The translations under genes were made by a program, and so were the position numbers. This document shows positions 63,751-64,000 of a stretch of DNA of 64,000 bases, in pieces. The notes beneath the pieces were generated by a model, which did not search any database, was not told where the DNA came from, and was given only the letters and a program-made list of their open reading frames with translations. The stretch's first letter is position 1, and each line of letters starts with the position of its first letter. This DNA comes from Blepharisma stoltei ATCC 30299 (taxonomy: Eukaryota > Protista > Ciliophora), in the NCBI GenBank assembly GCA_965603825.1, contig CBFDEM010000037.1, forward strand, positions 310,001-374,000, read 5' to 3'.

Positions 63751-64000
63751 AAATATTTTAAATAATGCTAAATAATCATATTAAAAATTAACTTGAAAAT
63801 CTAAAGCAAACAACATCAAGACACTTTATTTCCCATTCTTTGTCATGCTTTAACTAAAGATATCATTTATTTTATACAAAGTCTCTGCTAATATTCGATA
63901 ATCATAAAATAGTTATAATTTTTAATCTATCTCAGTCTCTAATTTCTATTAATTAATTGTATTTTACAGTTAATTATAAATATGAGCCAAGACAATCACA

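Noticed and set aside
63982-64000. ATG AGC CAA GAC AAT CAC at the window end
   Set aside because: May start the next gene but is too short to support.

Overview
AT-rich, very gene-dense eukaryotic DNA with the signature of a heterotrich ciliate somatic (macronuclear) genome of the Blepharisma type. In-frame TGA falls at conserved Trp positions, and every complete gene closes on TAA or TAG. Genes are interrupted by tiny GT-AG introns: 13 were identified (11 x 15 nt, 1 x 16 nt, 1 x 17 nt). The supplied standard-code ORF track therefore fragments most genes. Re-read with TGA=Trp and introns removed, the window holds about 37 protein-coding genes. These include a partial AP endonuclease; two tandem ~2300-2400 aa paralogous surface proteins (LNR/Notch repeats + beta-helix + multi-TM); a USP4/11/15-like deubiquitinase; an RCC1-repeat protein; dephospho-CoA kinase; Bax inhibitor-1; RPS24; RPS29; a PP4R4-like protein; a MAK/ICK kinase; a UPF3-like protein; a DHHC palmitoyltransferase; two EamA transporters; two cullins; an LRR protein; eRF1; dCMP deaminase; and a multi-HTH protein. 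The most notable observations are: (1) an eRF1 with an in-frame UGA at codon 14 and an altered stop-recognition domain (NIKS->SIKS, S70->A); (2) a stand-alone dynein stalk/microtubule-binding-like domain with a polybasic-CaaX tail; (3) an FtsH-type AAA ATPase that stops exactly at the HExxH protease motif; (4) a membrane-anchored E2-type acyltransferase lacking the catalytic His; (5) a degenerate CCR4/nocturnin-like nuclease. All family assignments are by eye from motifs; no searches were run. No tRNA, rRNA, CRISPR array or intact mobile element was recognised.
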